Part shown: positions 9,860 to 19,944 of the stretch, piece after piece
Position numbering within the stretch: position 1 is the stretch's first letter
Layout: the number at the start of each line of letters is the position of its first letter
Source: a virus
Direction: 5' to 3' (one strand)
IMG/VR virus record: IMGVR_UViG_3300012036_000005
Location: 1 to 64,000 of that record
Length of the DNA stretch: 64,000 bases
The notes under the pieces: generated by a model
Told to the model about the DNA's origin: nothing
Database searches by the model: none
The model's input: only the letters and a program-made list of their open reading frames with translations
Translations under genes and position numbers: made by a program

Positions 9860-10520
9860 TTTCTTCTCCTTCTTGTGTTATCTCTTTAAGCATACGTTTT
9901 CGAACGTGACTCATCACAAGTCCATGTCCAACATATGCAACAACAGGCACAGATCGATCCCAACATTTACGACATTTTCTGCATTTACCTTCTTGAACAG
10001 AAGCAGGACAAACACTTGCTTCAGTCGGCCAAGCAGAAGTAGGAATAACGGTGCTACCATGTTCAACATCAAATGTACCATCTACATTTGGAGAACTATA
10101 TCGAACCATTACATTTTCTTCTTGTTTGATTAATTCGAGTATAGGAAGCAATTTAGGAATAATATGACTTCGAGTTGGCAACCAATGTTTAGTCTCAGGC
10201 GTACCTTGTATAACTTCAAGGATCTTCTGACCAAGATCTGGATGATATACGTCTCCAGAATCAAACCATCGAAAGTACGGTTCCATTGAAATTTCATTGA
10301 TCATCTCTTCTACCCAAGCGTCTCTCTTCCAATCTTCACGATTAAATTCGCGCATTTTTCGAGGAGTAGGATAGGTGTAATTTCCTGTTTTAGCATAACA
10401 AGATTTGCAGACTGGGATGATCTCGCCAGTCTCAATATCATGAGATCCTGGACAAGTTGCGCCGGCAGGTAAACTCCAGCTAGGTCCTGGCATCTTGACT
10501 GTCTTACTTAATTTAACCAT
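9849..10520 (-). CDS. Gp88-like cysteine-rich (putative Fe-S) phage protein
   Basis: KMPG.SWSLPA..TCPG, CKSCYA, FRWFDSGD, HWLPTR, CPA..C..C..CW. Confidence 0.8.
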   Translation of the reverse strand: MVKLSKTVKMPGPSWSLPAGATCPGSHDIETGEIIPVCKSCYAKTGNYTYPTPRKMREFNREDWKRDAWVEEMINEISMEPYFRWFDSGDVYHPDLGQKILEVIQGTPETKHWLPTRSHIIPKLLPILELIKQEENVMVRYSSPNVDGTFDVEHGSTVIPTSAWPTEASVCPASVQEGKCRKCRKCWDRSVPVVAYVGHGLVMSHVRKRMLKEITQEGEENAL

Positions 10521-10534
10521 AAAATCTTTAATCC

Positions 10535-10753
10535 TTAATCCTTATTATGTTGCTTATCAAACTTATCTTTCAAATCAGCAACAGTTCTAGCCAAACTTCC
10601 AACTTCTTTAACTATTACTTGTAAGTTTTCTAAACGTGGAATTAATACTCCTGAGTTAATTGATTTTCCAATATGGTCAACTGCTTCATCCATTTGATCT
10701 GCTAAGTTTCGAATTTCGGCAGTGGTTTTGTAAATTTTAGAATACATGCTCAT
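10535..10753 (-). CDS. Hypothetical coiled-coil protein
   Basis: ORF in operon. Confidence 0.55.
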   Translation of the reverse strand: MSMYSKIYKTTAEIRNLADQMDEAVDHIGKSINSGVLIPRLENLQVIVKEVGSLARTVADLKDKFDKQHNKD

Positions 10754-10787
10754 GTAAGTTCTTTCTTAATCTTTTCTAGTTTTCTTT

Positions 10788-11003
10788 TTACTTTATATAA
10801 GGCTGTACTTTATCGCAGGGTACGGTAGCAAGTATCTTTGATCCCTGAGCATAACATATTCCAGTACGAGGATCTTTTGAATAGACCAAAGTAGAAGGAT
10901 CGGGTGCCCAGCTTGATCCCCAGTTATTTTTTGTGCTTAGATACGCCAAGCTTAAAAGGACAACGAATATAAAACCAACAAAAATTACATAACTGATTTT
11001 CAT
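10788..11003 (-). CDS. Small membrane-anchored protein
   Basis: N-terminal TM, Y.KDPRTGICYA..VPC; GGAG RBS. Confidence 0.65.
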   Translation of the reverse strand: MKISYVIFVGFIFVVLLSLAYLSTKNNWGSSWAPDPSTLVYSKDPRTGICYAQGSKILATVPCDKVQPYIK

Positions 11004-11075
11004 TTTATTCTCCTAATCTATCTTCTTCAAGTATAGAAATTTGACTCATTCCACGCGTTTGATTCCAACAACCCA

Positions 11076-11342
11076 TTAGCTATTTTCTTTTGTTGTATCG
11101 TCATTTAATTGCTGAGGTTTATTGATCTTAACAAAAGAATTCTTAACTTGAACCTCAAGCCATTCGATTCCTTCCCATCCAGGCCGGTTTGCCTTTATAA
11201 CACTTACAAAGATAGACTTCTCTGAAAATCGAGTAATTACGCAATACCGAGATTCAGGCCACCTACCAGTTGTTGAGTAGAAGATATGATCTCCTACTAC
11301 AACTTCTTCCCCAAGAAAGTCTTTAAAGGTTTTCGTCTGCAT
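11076..11342 (-). CDS. Hypothetical protein
   Basis: KDFLGEEV.VGD SH3-like start common in phage proteins. Confidence 0.6.
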   Translation of the reverse strand: MQTKTFKDFLGEEVVVGDHIFYSTTGRWPESRYCVITRFSEKSIFVSVIKANRPGWEGIEWLEVQVKNSFVKINKPQQLNDDTTKENS

Positions 11343-11784
11343 AACTTTGAGTCCTACTCAATGATTTATTACTACGTCGTTTCATTTCTTTAGAAATGAT
11401 TTTTGATATCTTACCTAGAATGTACAATTTTTGAACTTTATTCGAGTAAGGTACAAGGTTACAACCTAAAAAGATATCGTCTGCTTCTTCATAGGTAATA
11501 CCAAAAAACTGTGCTAGATGTTTCCCCTTGTTTTTAGGAGTTCCTCCATTTCTGTCTTTCTTTTTCTCATCAACACGTGAATAAACAGGATAATTTTTAC
11601 TATCTAGAGAAAGCCCTTTTTTCATAAATTTAGGATGAGTACAAGCAATCCCACCTGCGCACTTAGTTTTATTAACCACACTAACCCAATTTTCCGTATT
11701 GAATTCATCATCTGGGTGATTTAAGACAAGTGATTGAAGTTCAAGAAGTCTTTTGAGACGGATTTTCATTTTTTTGTTTCTCAA
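11323..11784 (-). CDS. Hypothetical protein
   Basis: ORF in operon; CAGG and FFGIT..EA..IF. Confidence 0.6.
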   Translation of the reverse strand: MRNKKMKIRLKRLLELQSLVLNHPDDEFNTENWVSVVNKTKCAGGIACTHPKFMKKGLSLDSKNYPVYSRVDEKKKDRNGGTPKNKGKHLAQFFGITYEEADDIFLGCNLVPYSNKVQKLYILGKISKIISKEMKRRSNKSLSRTQSYADENL

Positions 11785-11924
11785 ATTGGATAAGGAGTGC
11801 CAATAACAGAATTAGAACCATATTGTCCAATCAACTGTTGCTTTGCATCATAAGGATTAGAAGCTTGAACTTGTACCTTCTGCAACCGCTGATTAACTCG
11901 AATAAGACCTTCATAAAGCTTCAT
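11781..11924 (-). CDS. Small hypothetical protein, 47 aa (MKLYEGLIRVNQ...), below the ORF-track cut-off
   Basis: AGGAG RBS, downstream of TTGACT-N17-TATATT promoter at ~11965-11993; stop overlaps next start. Confidence 0.7.
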   Translation of the reverse strand: MKLYEGLIRVNQRLQKVQVQASNPYDAKQQLIGQYGSNSVIGTPYPI

Positions 11925-12304
11925 CTCACTCTCCTGTGTTTGTGTTTGTGTTTTGCTATAATTTAATATAGCAATTTAACGTTGAAAAGTCAAATTGTAT
12001 TATGAGAAAATTAGATGGCTCTCAATAATAATAATCGAACCTACAGCAAGGGCCATTCTTCCTATTTCTAATATTCTATTCTCCTATCGCAGCAGGATTA
12101 AACTCCTCGAATGCCTTCTTGTACAGAATGCATCAAACCTGATTCAAAGGCTCCAAGCATAGAACCACCGATAATAAGAAAGATAAGAGCCCAAAAAGGA
12201 TGTTCTTGGACAATCAACATTAGCGCACCTACAAGAAAGAATGCACCAACGCCAAACCCTACAAGTGAAATATCCATTTAAGTGTGTGTCCTTCTAGTTG
12301 CTGG

Positions 12305-12490
12305 TTAAGAGGTTTCTTCGTCTACAAGATTAGTTTTCCTGTAGTCAACCGAACAATAGTCACACATAACTTTTCCATCGACGATTTGTTCATTACCTCT
12401 AATTCCACCTGACTCGCCTCGACAGATTTCACAATCATCGAGCAAACAGACCCATAGGAATTCTAGTATATTATTGAACAGTCGTTTCAT
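12305..12490 (-). CDS. Small Zn-finger-like protein
   Basis: CEIC...CDYC; GGAG RBS. Confidence 0.6.
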   Translation of the reverse strand: MKRLFNNILEFLWVCLLDDCEICRGESGGIRGNEQIVDGKVMCDYCSVDYRKTNLVDEETS

Positions 12491-12730
12491 TTTTCGTTAG
12501 GCTCCTTGTGTGACTATTAGCTTACTTTTACAGTATAGCAATTTTCACACAAAGAATCAACAGGTTTATAGATTTTTTCGACTTTATTTTGAATTGTCCA
12601 TTTAAACGTGTCCCAAGTAAACATCAAAAGAACTGGAACAATCCAAAGGAGGGACATATGTATTAATGAAACGTTAGTTAAGGCAAGTATAAAGTACAAA
12701 GAAATCCAGCAAATACCTATAAAAATTTTA

Positions 12731-13075
12731 TTAATCGTCATTGGCTGAAGAGTCATTGTCTTTGCCTCCCTTGATAACCCCAAATTGAGGTTTTCCATAA
12801 ATTCTGTGAAAAGGTACAATAGTGCTACCATCTTCTACAAAATCATCTTTGCTAATAATGATAACTCCGTCTTCGTCTTCTTCATCCTCGTAATTAAACA
12901 CTCCTACTTCTGGCAGATTAAAGCGTTCATGCACTTCGGCTAAAGTTTCAAAAATACTTTCTCGAGCATTTGAACAAATTTGTGAACGAGCAAGTATATG
13001 GCCAAGTTGCAGAGCTTCCATAAGGATTTCAATAGTGTCATCGTCTATAAAATAGAACGGTTTCTTATCACTCAT
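12731..13075 (-). CDS. Acidic hypothetical protein
   Basis: ORF with GGAG RBS; ends VIKGGK. Confidence 0.6.
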   Translation of the reverse strand: MSDKKPFYFIDDDTIEILMEALQLGHILARSQICSNARESIFETLAEVHERFNLPEVGVFNYEDEEDEDGVIIISKDDFVEDGSTIVPFHRIYGKPQFGVIKGGKDNDSSANDD

Positions 13076-13349
13076 TTGCTATCTCCACAGTGTCTACGCC
13101 CCATACATTTTTAAAACTAACAACAAACTCTCTATCAAGATCGAGATCAATTATTTTTAGCAATTCTTTGTCTGTATCTCTAGTCTTGATTATACCAAAG
13201 CCGTTGTAATCACCTGGTCCCGGAAAAGACTCACCAATGTTACCTCTTGCAGGATTTCCTGCATTGTCGAGCATTGTATTAACTCGAAAATAGCAAGCAT
13301 ATGATTGTCCTTCTACTATGTCTTCAATTTCAATCTTATTTTTATTCAT
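13068..13349 (-). CDS. Conserved phage hypothetical protein
   Basis: GQSYAC.F, G.I..RD motifs. Confidence 0.65.
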   Translation of the reverse strand: MNKNKIEIEDIVEGQSYACYFRVNTMLDNAGNPARGNIGESFPGPGDYNGFGIIKTRDTDKELLKIIDLDLDREFVVSFKNVWGVDTVEIANE

Positions 13350-13460
13350 TTTTGATCCTTTTCAGTATTTTTCTAACTTACAGGCTATGATTGTATTTAC
13401 AAGTAATCCATTAATAACATTAATGAATCGAATGAACTCTAATCAAGGATCTTTTTATGA

Positions 13461-13495
13461 AAAGAGAGAACGTGTGATTCACACGTTCTCTCTTT
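13461..13495. terminator. Perfect 16-bp hairpin with 3-nt loop
   Basis: AAAGAGAGAACGTGTG-ATT-CACACGTTCTCTCTTT. Confidence 0.75.
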
Positions 13496-13688
13496 CAGTT
13501 ATGCTAAGGCAAGGTCGTTGCCAACATCAGCACGATATACAGGTTTACCGTTTTTCTTAAACCGAACAACTACCGGTCGGGCTAGATCCCAACTTAGTTT
13601 TTCAGCTTGGGTTTTAGCTTCAAAGAAAGAAGTAAATGTAGTTTCAAGAACTCTATATTCTTTTATTTCGGACATTACAATTTGCCTT

Positions 13689-14120
13689 TTATTGGTTAAG
13701 TTTTTGTTCTTCCATTATTTTATCAATATGTTTACACCGTCCACGGAATTGATGGCCTGGACAAGAGCAAGATGCTCGTCCGTTCCTTCCGATAGTAACT
13801 GTATAAACGTTTTCGTTTGATCCCGTGACTTTGAAGACCTGTTCCCTTGGTTGAGTTGGGTCTGCAGTCTTTTGCTCAAGTTTAGTGTTGTTGAGTTCAA
13901 CTATCCTCTCCTTGTTTATGCGCCGAATGGGCCAATTTTTATTAGTAGTGGTAATACCTATTTCATTAGGAGCATACCACTTTTCTCGAATTAATTGTCC
14001 TGTGTATGTGTAGAATTCAGGTATATAAACATTGATAGCATAACGATGACGATTTGGCCAGAGAACGTTCTTCACTTTAATCGTAACGGTCTCACCTAAC
14101 TTTATCGCTATTTTGCTCAC
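13689..14120 (-). CDS. SWIM zinc-finger protein
   Basis: V.GS..N.Y.V, CSCPG.QFRG.CKHI. Confidence 0.85.
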   Translation of the reverse strand: MSKIAIKLGETVTIKVKNVLWPNRHRYAINVYIPEFYTYTGQLIREKWYAPNEIGITTTNKNWPIRRINKERIVELNNTKLEQKTADPTQPREQVFKVTGSNENVYTVTIGRNGRASCSCPGHQFRGRCKHIDKIMEEQKLNQ

Positions 14121-14335
14121 CTCAAAGCCTTTCTGAGAGATTCTAGTTGTTCGTCAGTTATCCAACCTTCGTAAACAGAACGAGCTCGCATCTCATAAAT
14201 CTCTTGAGTTTTTGACAAACCATTAAGATGATTTGACCATATACGAAATGCTTCATCTGAGATAGATGGATCATTTAGAATAGCCAAAATCTTTTCGGCA
14301 CGATCAATTTGATTCTCTTCTGACCAGGGACCCAT
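14117..14335 (-). CDS. Hypothetical protein
   Basis: GAGG RBS; sigma70 promoter at ~14367-14394. Confidence 0.65.
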   Translation of the reverse strand: MGPWSEENQIDRAEKILAILNDPSISDEAFRIWSNHLNGLSKTQEIYEMRARSVYEGWITDEQLESLRKALR

Positions 14336-14399
14336 CGACTTTACCTCGTGTCTGTTGCTATATTTAATTATAGCATGTTGCTACGAAATGTCAAGTGTA

Positions 14400-14996
14400 T
14401 TACCACGTAAACATTACAGTGATAGAAAGCAGCCAGATAACTATTAGCAGAAACCAATGTGCACCAACGTATCCACTTCGAGAATCCATTCCATTGGGTG
14501 ATCGATCATATGTTACAGTTTTGACAGGTTTATTTTGATTATCGGTACTATGTTCAACTTTCTGGATTTGATTGCTACACAACTTTCGAAAACTCCAAAA
14601 CCAAATAGGAATCATAATGATTAACATTATGAATCCAGATACTACATGGACAATCATAGATCCAAATAGATGGAAGATAATTAGGTAGATAGAGAGCTTG
14701 CCTACATCTGTTTTAGCAAAGTTGTTAACCTCAACACCCAATTCTCGAGCAGTAGCAGCTAGTGCTTTTCCGATATTAACTCCAAAATCAGATCCAAGGT
14801 TAGCATATTCTTTTATTGATTCCGGACTAATAATATTGGATGATTCCTTATTTGCCTTTGCCTTTGCAATGCTTAGCGCTATTTCTGCCTTTTCAATTTC
14901 GCTTAGTCCAGAAACATTAACCTGTTGGGCAAAAGCCGGCGATGTAAGAAAAAGCAATGTTAGGCATCCGGCGAGAATGAGAAATTTTTTGATCAT
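14400..14996 (-). CDS. Membrane protein with signal peptide
   Basis: AFA signal peptide, several TM segments, A.ELGV.VN.FA.T.VG motif. Confidence 0.7.
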   Translation of the reverse strand: MIKKFLILAGCLTLLFLTSPAFAQQVNVSGLSEIEKAEIALSIAKAKANKESSNIISPESIKEYANLGSDFGVNIGKALAATARELGVEVNNFAKTDVGKLSIYLIIFHLFGSMIVHVVSGFIMLIIMIPIWFWSFRKLCSNQIQKVEHSTDNQNKPVKTVTYDRSPNGMDSRSGYVGAHWFLLIVIWLLSITVMFTW

Positions 14997-15059
14997 CTTA
15001 TGTCTCCTGTTTTTTGGTACCGTTTGTTGTACAGTTTGAGTTCTTCAAAAGTTAGCATA

Positions 15060-15500
15060 TCAAAATACTTCTTTAGAAGTATTGGTTGTAGTTTTTTCAC
15101 GATAAGTCAACCTGGGATTATTTATATTAATAGTATGCCAATCCCAAGGATATACTCTATCTATTTTATATTGAGAAAGAAACAACTCTGTTTGGCCTCT
15201 ATGAACATCGAGCAATTTTTCATAAGGAAGAGTTATAATCTCAAGTTTCGAAAGATACTTTTTTAACGCAAATTTAATTGCTAGAGGAGCACACCCAACC
15301 AATTGATTTATCTTGCTATCTGCTGCAACAATATTCACATCAAGACTTTTGTATCCAGAAGGAAGAATAGATTGTGGAATTAAATGTTCAATTGAACATT
15401 TAGCGTCTTTTATCTTAAAGAGGTCAAGCCCAGAGTAGAAACAAACAGACAACTCTGTGTTTTGAAATTTTTTCGGAACTTTAGGTATAATTTGTGGCAT
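15060..15500 (-). CDS. HNH-like endonuclease
   Basis: CFYSG...SIEHLIPQS...N.V.A...IN. Confidence 0.6.
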   Translation of the reverse strand: MPQIIPKVPKKFQNTELSVCFYSGLDLFKIKDAKCSIEHLIPQSILPSGYKSLDVNIVAADSKINQLVGCAPLAIKFALKKYLSKLEIITLPYEKLLDVHRGQTELFLSQYKIDRVYPWDWHTININNPRLTYREKTTTNTSKEVF

Positions 15501-15575
15501 TTGACTCTCCTTTCCGCTAAGTGTGTGCTACTGTGTGCTTATATAATAGCAATGTCAAAAGAAGAAGTGAATAGT

Positions 15576-15839
15576 TTATTCAATAATAACCAATTTTCCA
15601 CAATCAGATTTCCAAACACCGCCCTTAAAAATCATTAGATATCTATTTTCTTTAATATCTTTATCGATTAACCAAAACCCCTGTTCATCTGTATCCTGAT
15701 AGATTTTATCTTTCATAAATTTTCCGTACATTCCGGTTTCGTTTAATTTAGCTTGAAAAACCATTCCATCCCACGATCTCTTAAAGATGGAAGAAGGGAT
15801 CCCAGAATTGCCTAAAATTATTAGTTTTTCATTTTTCAT
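15576..15839 (-). CDS. Hypothetical protein
   Basis: ORF in operon. Confidence 0.5.
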   Translation of the reverse strand: MKNEKLIILGNSGIPSSIFKRSWDGMVFQAKLNETGMYGKFMKDKIYQDTDEQGFWLIDKDIKENRYLMIFKGGVWKSDCGKLVIIE

Positions 15840-16518
15840 AACCGTTCCATTTCTCCTTCACTGATTGAATAAATTCTTGATCTATTAAGAGCTGGTTGGG
15901 ATCTTCCCAACATTCAGTAGAATATATTTTAGTTAATTTATTAGAAAGCAAGTCTACTGTTTTCTTTATTTCAATTTTCTTTTCAATTAAGGGAAAATCA
16001 CTAATAAAAAATATATAATCCCAAGAATAAATATTTAATTCGTTAATTGGTTCTTTATTTTTAGAATAATAAAAATGATGATTTATATTTTCCCACGGAC
16101 CGTCATAACTACCTGATCCACCAGTACCAGGATAAGTAAGGGTGTTGCCAAAAGAATGATAAGATCCTCCAACATCATTACTTAATCTCACCCACACCCT
16201 GCCCGCAAATCCTGGATAACCACGAACATCAGTTTTTCGGTTGTTCCAGCCCCAATTGGTTGTACCGTTTTGTGGGCAATAATGGCTATTACTTACAAGA
16301 CCAAAATAGCTAAGATTACATTTTAGTCCTAAAACTCTTGGTATTGATTTTTCTTTTTTATTTCTTGATGAATTTAGTGCAGCTAATTTCAATTCGTGAT
16401 TTAAGACATCAATAGTTGAATAAAACAATTCGTTTAGAGTTTCTGGTTCTTTTCCAGCTATTTTAAGCCATCTTTCTTTTTTATTAAGCATTACTCTTAC
16501 TCCTCCAGCCCCTGGCAC
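15829..16518 (-). CDS. Conserved phage hypothetical protein
   Basis: VSNSH.CP..G.TNW, GYPG..GR.W, GTGG.G motifs. Confidence 0.65.
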   Translation of the reverse strand: MPGAGGVRVMLNKKERWLKIAGKEPETLNELFYSTIDVLNHELKLAALNSSRNKKEKSIPRVLGLKCNLSYFGLVSNSHYCPQNGTTNWGWNNRKTDVRGYPGFAGRVWVRLSNDVGGSYHSFGNTLTYPGTGGSGSYDGPWENINHHFYYSKNKEPINELNIYSWDYIFFISDFPLIEKKIEIKKTVDLLSNKLTKIYSTECWEDPNQLLIDQEFIQSVKEKWNGYEK

Positions 16519-16792
16519 GATTTTTCGATTCGGTTTGCATTTTATTAAGTCTTTCTTCTAATTCAATTTCATCTTTAACTTCACTTACTGTGAGATGAAA
16601 TAAAACTCCGGTTATTATTCCAATCATAATTAAAAATAAAGAAACAAGAAATCCTATAGGAGGAGAATTGTCTCCTGAACGAAACCATTCATCTACTGAT
16701 AATCCAATAATTACAGACACTATTCCATACAACAGAAATAGACTAGGAACAATTAATTTCTGAAGAAACCTTTTAAAGATTAATTTAGTCAT
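16484..16792 (-). CDS. Membrane protein
   Basis: Two TM segments. Confidence 0.6.
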   Translation of the reverse strand: MTKLIFKRFLQKLIVPSLFLLYGIVSVIIGLSVDEWFRSGDNSPPIGFLVSLFLIMIGIITGVLFHLTVSEVKDEIELEERLNKMQTESKNRARGWRSKSNA

Positions 16793-17049
16793 TTGCTATT
16801 CCTTATTATGTCTATAGTTTCTTGCCGTTCTTTTCTTAATTCTGTCTTAGCTTCGTTCCACAAATGAACACAAAAAAGCAACATTAGAGAAATAAAGAGA
16901 ATCCCCATTGACGTAATTTGTGCGATGCCAGAACCAAAAATCATAGTTCCAAGAAGACCCACACTTAAAATAACAGGAATACCGTAATAAAGGATAGTTT
17001 TTATTTTCATCCAAAATCGTTGGATAACTAATTTTTGAAAGTCACTCAT
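16789..17049 (-). CDS. Membrane protein
   Basis: Two TM segments. Confidence 0.6.
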   Translation of the reverse strand: MSDFQKLVIQRFWMKIKTILYYGIPVILSVGLLGTMIFGSGIAQITSMGILFISLMLLFCVHLWNEAKTELRKERQETIDIIRNSK

Positions 17050-17335
17050 CGGAAAACCTTAGGCTTTGACCAGGCTTTGCATCCGGGTGTTTCAAAAATT
17101 CCGTATCTCCGTTTGCGTGCAATTCTTTAGTAGCAAGGTATCCTTCGGATATCAACATGATGACTGTAGTCCCAGCACCTAGCTTTATACCAGTTGATCG
17201 ACCCCATCCGTAGGCTATAAACGTGATAAGAATATACCCTCCAACAATTACTAACAAACCGGCAGTAGTAACACCTTCTAGCATGATATGCGCTCCTTGA
17301 TTAGTTATACTAAAGTTATAAAAGATAAATGTCAA
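17042..17335 (-). CDS. Membrane protein (likely start MLEGV)
   Basis: TM segment; GGAG RBS before an internal ATG. Confidence 0.55.
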   Translation of the reverse strand: MTFIFYNFSITNQGAHIMLEGVTTAGLLVIVGGYILITFIAYGWGRSTGIKLGAGTTVIMLISEGYLATKELHANGDTEFLKHPDAKPGQSLRFSDE

Positions 17336-17370
17336 ATGTTATTATGAACATAATATGGACACATTATATA

Positions 17371-18159
17371 CTATATGCCTCCGTCAGGTACTTCAAAGGT
17401 AAAAGTTGGATTAAAATCTTGATTCTCTGGATTCTTACTATCCGAAACATACCCACGAGGATTACAAATGACTCTACAATTATTAATTGTATAATCTTTG
17501 TTTACATGAACATGTCCATGTACCCAAAAATCTGGCCACTCAAAAGCAGATAGCTGATCAAAGGTGTTAACATAATAAACATTACTGTTTTCACCATTAA
17601 ATTTTTGATCTAATGACAAATGACAAGGAGCATGGTGTGTCATAAAGATGACGCGATATCCCTGATTTCGATAAAATGTTAATTGATCTTGCAACCACAT
17701 AGATGAATTATGATTTTCATTCAACAAGTCGAGTGGTCGAATACCATTCTTCCATCTGTAATCATTCATAACACTTGGTGCTTGAAGTAAATCATTTCTT
17801 TGATTTCCATTTAATTTAAAATCAGTCCATAAAGTCGCCCCAAGAATGACTATCCTTTTATCTTCGTACACTCGAGCAGAGTTTTGAAGGTAATAGAGGT
17901 TGTCGTTTAATCCCCAATACGTGAGACGTTCTCTCACTTGATCGTATGTATAACGACGGGTATAGAATTCATGATTACCGGCAATATAAATGGTTTCAAT
18001 TCCGTTATAGACGAAGGTTTCATAAGCCCATTTAATTCCCGAAGCACCGGTTGAAATATCACCAGCAAGAAGCATTACGTCTACTTCTGGTAAATCGTTG
18101 GTTTTTATAGTCATGCTTCTATATTCTCGATGTATATCAGATATTAATCCAAATTTCAT
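17371..18159 (-). CDS. Metallophosphoesterase
   Basis: SDIH, LAGDI, GNHEFY, TLWTDF, THHAP, HGHVH, NPRGY. Confidence 0.95.
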   Translation of the reverse strand: MKFGLISDIHREYRSMTIKTNDLPEVDVMLLAGDISTGASGIKWAYETFVYNGIETIYIAGNHEFYTRRYTYDQVRERLTYWGLNDNLYYLQNSARVYEDKRIVILGATLWTDFKLNGNQRNDLLQAPSVMNDYRWKNGIRPLDLLNENHNSSMWLQDQLTFYRNQGYRVIFMTHHAPCHLSLDQKFNGENSNVYYVNTFDQLSAFEWPDFWVHGHVHVNKDYTINNCRVICNPRGYVSDSKNPENQDFNPTFTFEVPDGGI

Positions 18160-18380
18160 TTTTGCTCCTTATTAGATAATGGAGGATGAGATAAAAATAC
18201 CCAATTCTCTCCGCATTGCACACAAGTATCGTAACTTCTGTATCCATTCTTTTGTTTATCTGGTATTAAACCAATTGATGCTAATCCATTTAAATTTCTA
18301 TGGTGATTGAAGTGGTCATAGAAAGTAGAATTGCATCCTGATAACAAGACTAACAAAAATATAATTGATAAAGATTTCAT
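18156..18380 (-). CDS. Putative lipoprotein
   Basis: Lipobox LLSGC; CVQCG. Confidence 0.65.
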   Translation of the reverse strand: MKSLSIIFLLVLLSGCNSTFYDHFNHHRNLNGLASIGLIPDKQKNGYRSYDTCVQCGENWVFLSHPPLSNKEQK

Positions 18381-18455
18381 TTAGATCCCCTATTTGTGTG
18401 TGTATTTTAAATTGTAACAGTTTTTAACAATAATGTCAATAACTAACACAAACCC

Positions 18456-18517
18456 CGCAGCGGGGCCATCATTATAAGTCGGTTATTAACTGTATACTAA
18501 CTGGTCGCAGCGGGGCC
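18456..18517 (+). repeat. Two copies of CGCAGCGGGGCC at the strand switch (18456-18467, 18506-18517)
   Basis: Same 12-mer as at 685-696 and 849-860. Confidence 0.9.
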
Positions 18518-18531
18518 AGCTAAATATTTGC

Positions 18532-18768
18532 ATGTTGAAGAGGAGATATCAAATGTCAACACTACGCAATATCAGCCTGAATCTAGAACTTGGTCAAGAG
18601 ATATGTGTCGGTCCTAATGGCGACCGTGCTCGTATTACAAAGATCGAATTCCATCCTAAGACTGGAGAGATCTCCCTAAATACAACCCGAGGACCAAGAA
18701 AGGCTTTGACCTTTCGTTTGACAGAAGATACTTCTGAGTTTAAATCTTCAGCAGATCGTTATCGTTGA
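18532..18768 (+). CDS. Conserved phage hypothetical protein
   Basis: TAAATA late motif at 18521; AGGAG before internal ATG (MSTL). Confidence 0.7.
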   Translation: MLKRRYQMSTLRNISLNLELGQEICVGPNGDRARITKIEFHPKTGEISLNTTRGPRKALTFRLTEDTSEFKSSADRYR

Positions 18769-18790
18769 GCGATCAACGATAAATACTTGT

Positions 18791-19039
18791 ATGAAAATAC
18801 AAGATATTGATCCTGCACTATTAGATGAAGCGAAAGCTTCACGTGCCCTTTGTAAATCAAGCACACCTAATTTTAAATTAGGTGCTAGCCAACTTGCCTC
18901 GTGTAAATCACAAGGTCTCCGTTCAAGAGAAGGCGACAAAAGCCATAAGTTAAGCAAAAAAAAGGGTTCAAGAACAAAAGTAGGCGGCAGGAAGATAAAA
19001 GGTAAGAAGTACGGCGGCCCTCTTCCGGATTGGAGTTAA
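18791..19039 (+). CDS. Small basic late protein
   Basis: TAAATA at 18780; MKIQDI..LLDE then K/R-rich body, KKYGGPLPDWS. Confidence 0.7.
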   Translation: MKIQDIDPALLDEAKASRALCKSSTPNFKLGASQLASCKSQGLRSREGDKSHKLSKKKGSRTKVGGRKIKGKKYGGPLPDWS

Positions 19040-19590
19040 ACGTGTCTTATACTGGCAAGTTGCTCATCGCTCGTCCTGGTATTGAACATTCTTTATTTGC
19101 AGAGAGTGTAATATATGTTTGTCAAGATCTTCCAACTGGCGCAACAGGATTAATACTTAATAAACCGTTAGATGACCTTAAAGTTTCTAATATATGTGAT
19201 ATTGGAGATATGACATACCTTAATCATGAACCTTTATATCAAGGCGGACCAATTAAGGCAAGTTCTGTTACAATGTTACACACAAAGGGTTGGTGGTCTG
19301 CAAATACAATAGATGTTGGTGAATATATATCATTGAGTTCGGATGAGTTTATGTTAGACAAACTATCAATAAATAATTCACCAGATGAATGGAGAATGTT
19401 TGCAGGAATATGTATGTGGACACCCGGACAGTTAGAAGCAGAAATAGACGGCACTGGAAGTTATACATCTTCTGGTAATTGGATAATATTAGAACCTAAA
19501 CTTGAAGATATATTTGTAGACAATTTTGAATCTCATTGGGAGAAAGCAGTTGAAATGTATTCTTCACAATTAGTAAATACTTATTTTTAA
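19030..19590 (+). CDS. YqgE/AlgH family protein (DUF179)
   Basis: GKLLIA.P, F..SVIY, G..GLILNKP, LYQGGP, G...WT.GQLE.E. Confidence 0.9.
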   Translation: MELNVSYTGKLLIARPGIEHSLFAESVIYVCQDLPTGATGLILNKPLDDLKVSNICDIGDMTYLNHEPLYQGGPIKASSVTMLHTKGWWSANTIDVGEYISLSSDEFMLDKLSINNSPDEWRMFAGICMWTPGQLEAEIDGTGSYTSSGNWIILEPKLEDIFVDNFESHWEKAVEMYSSQLVNTYF

Positions 19591-19599
19591 AGGACACAA

Positions 19600-19944
19600 A
19601 TGAAAAAGATTATAATGATAGTCTCTGCTCTTATCTTTCTTTCTACCTCAGCATTAGCTCAGCAAGGGCAAGTATTCTTAGCTTTAATTCCGTGTCAACT
19701 TGAAAGTGAAATGTTAAATGAGATTATTGTAAAAAGGAAGATGGAGATATTTTCATCTTCATCTGGTAGAATTGTTGCTCCTAATCAAGAAAGAAATGAA
19801 ATATTGATATTGAATGGAGAAATTAAAACCTACGTACAATATGAAAAGAAAGAATTTATAACAGTGATTAATGTTAATATGAATCAACCAGAATTAATAA
19901 GCTGTGTAATAGCAAGCGGAGAAAATTTCCGTCCCGGAAATTAA
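19600..19944 (+). CDS. Exported hypothetical protein
   Basis: ALA signal peptide; C-terminal SCVIASG. Confidence 0.65.
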   Translation: MKKIIMIVSALIFLSTSALAQQGQVFLALIPCQLESEMLNEIIVKRKMEIFSSSSGRIVAPNQERNEILILNGEIKTYVQYEKKEFITVINVNMNQPELISCVIASGENFRPGN

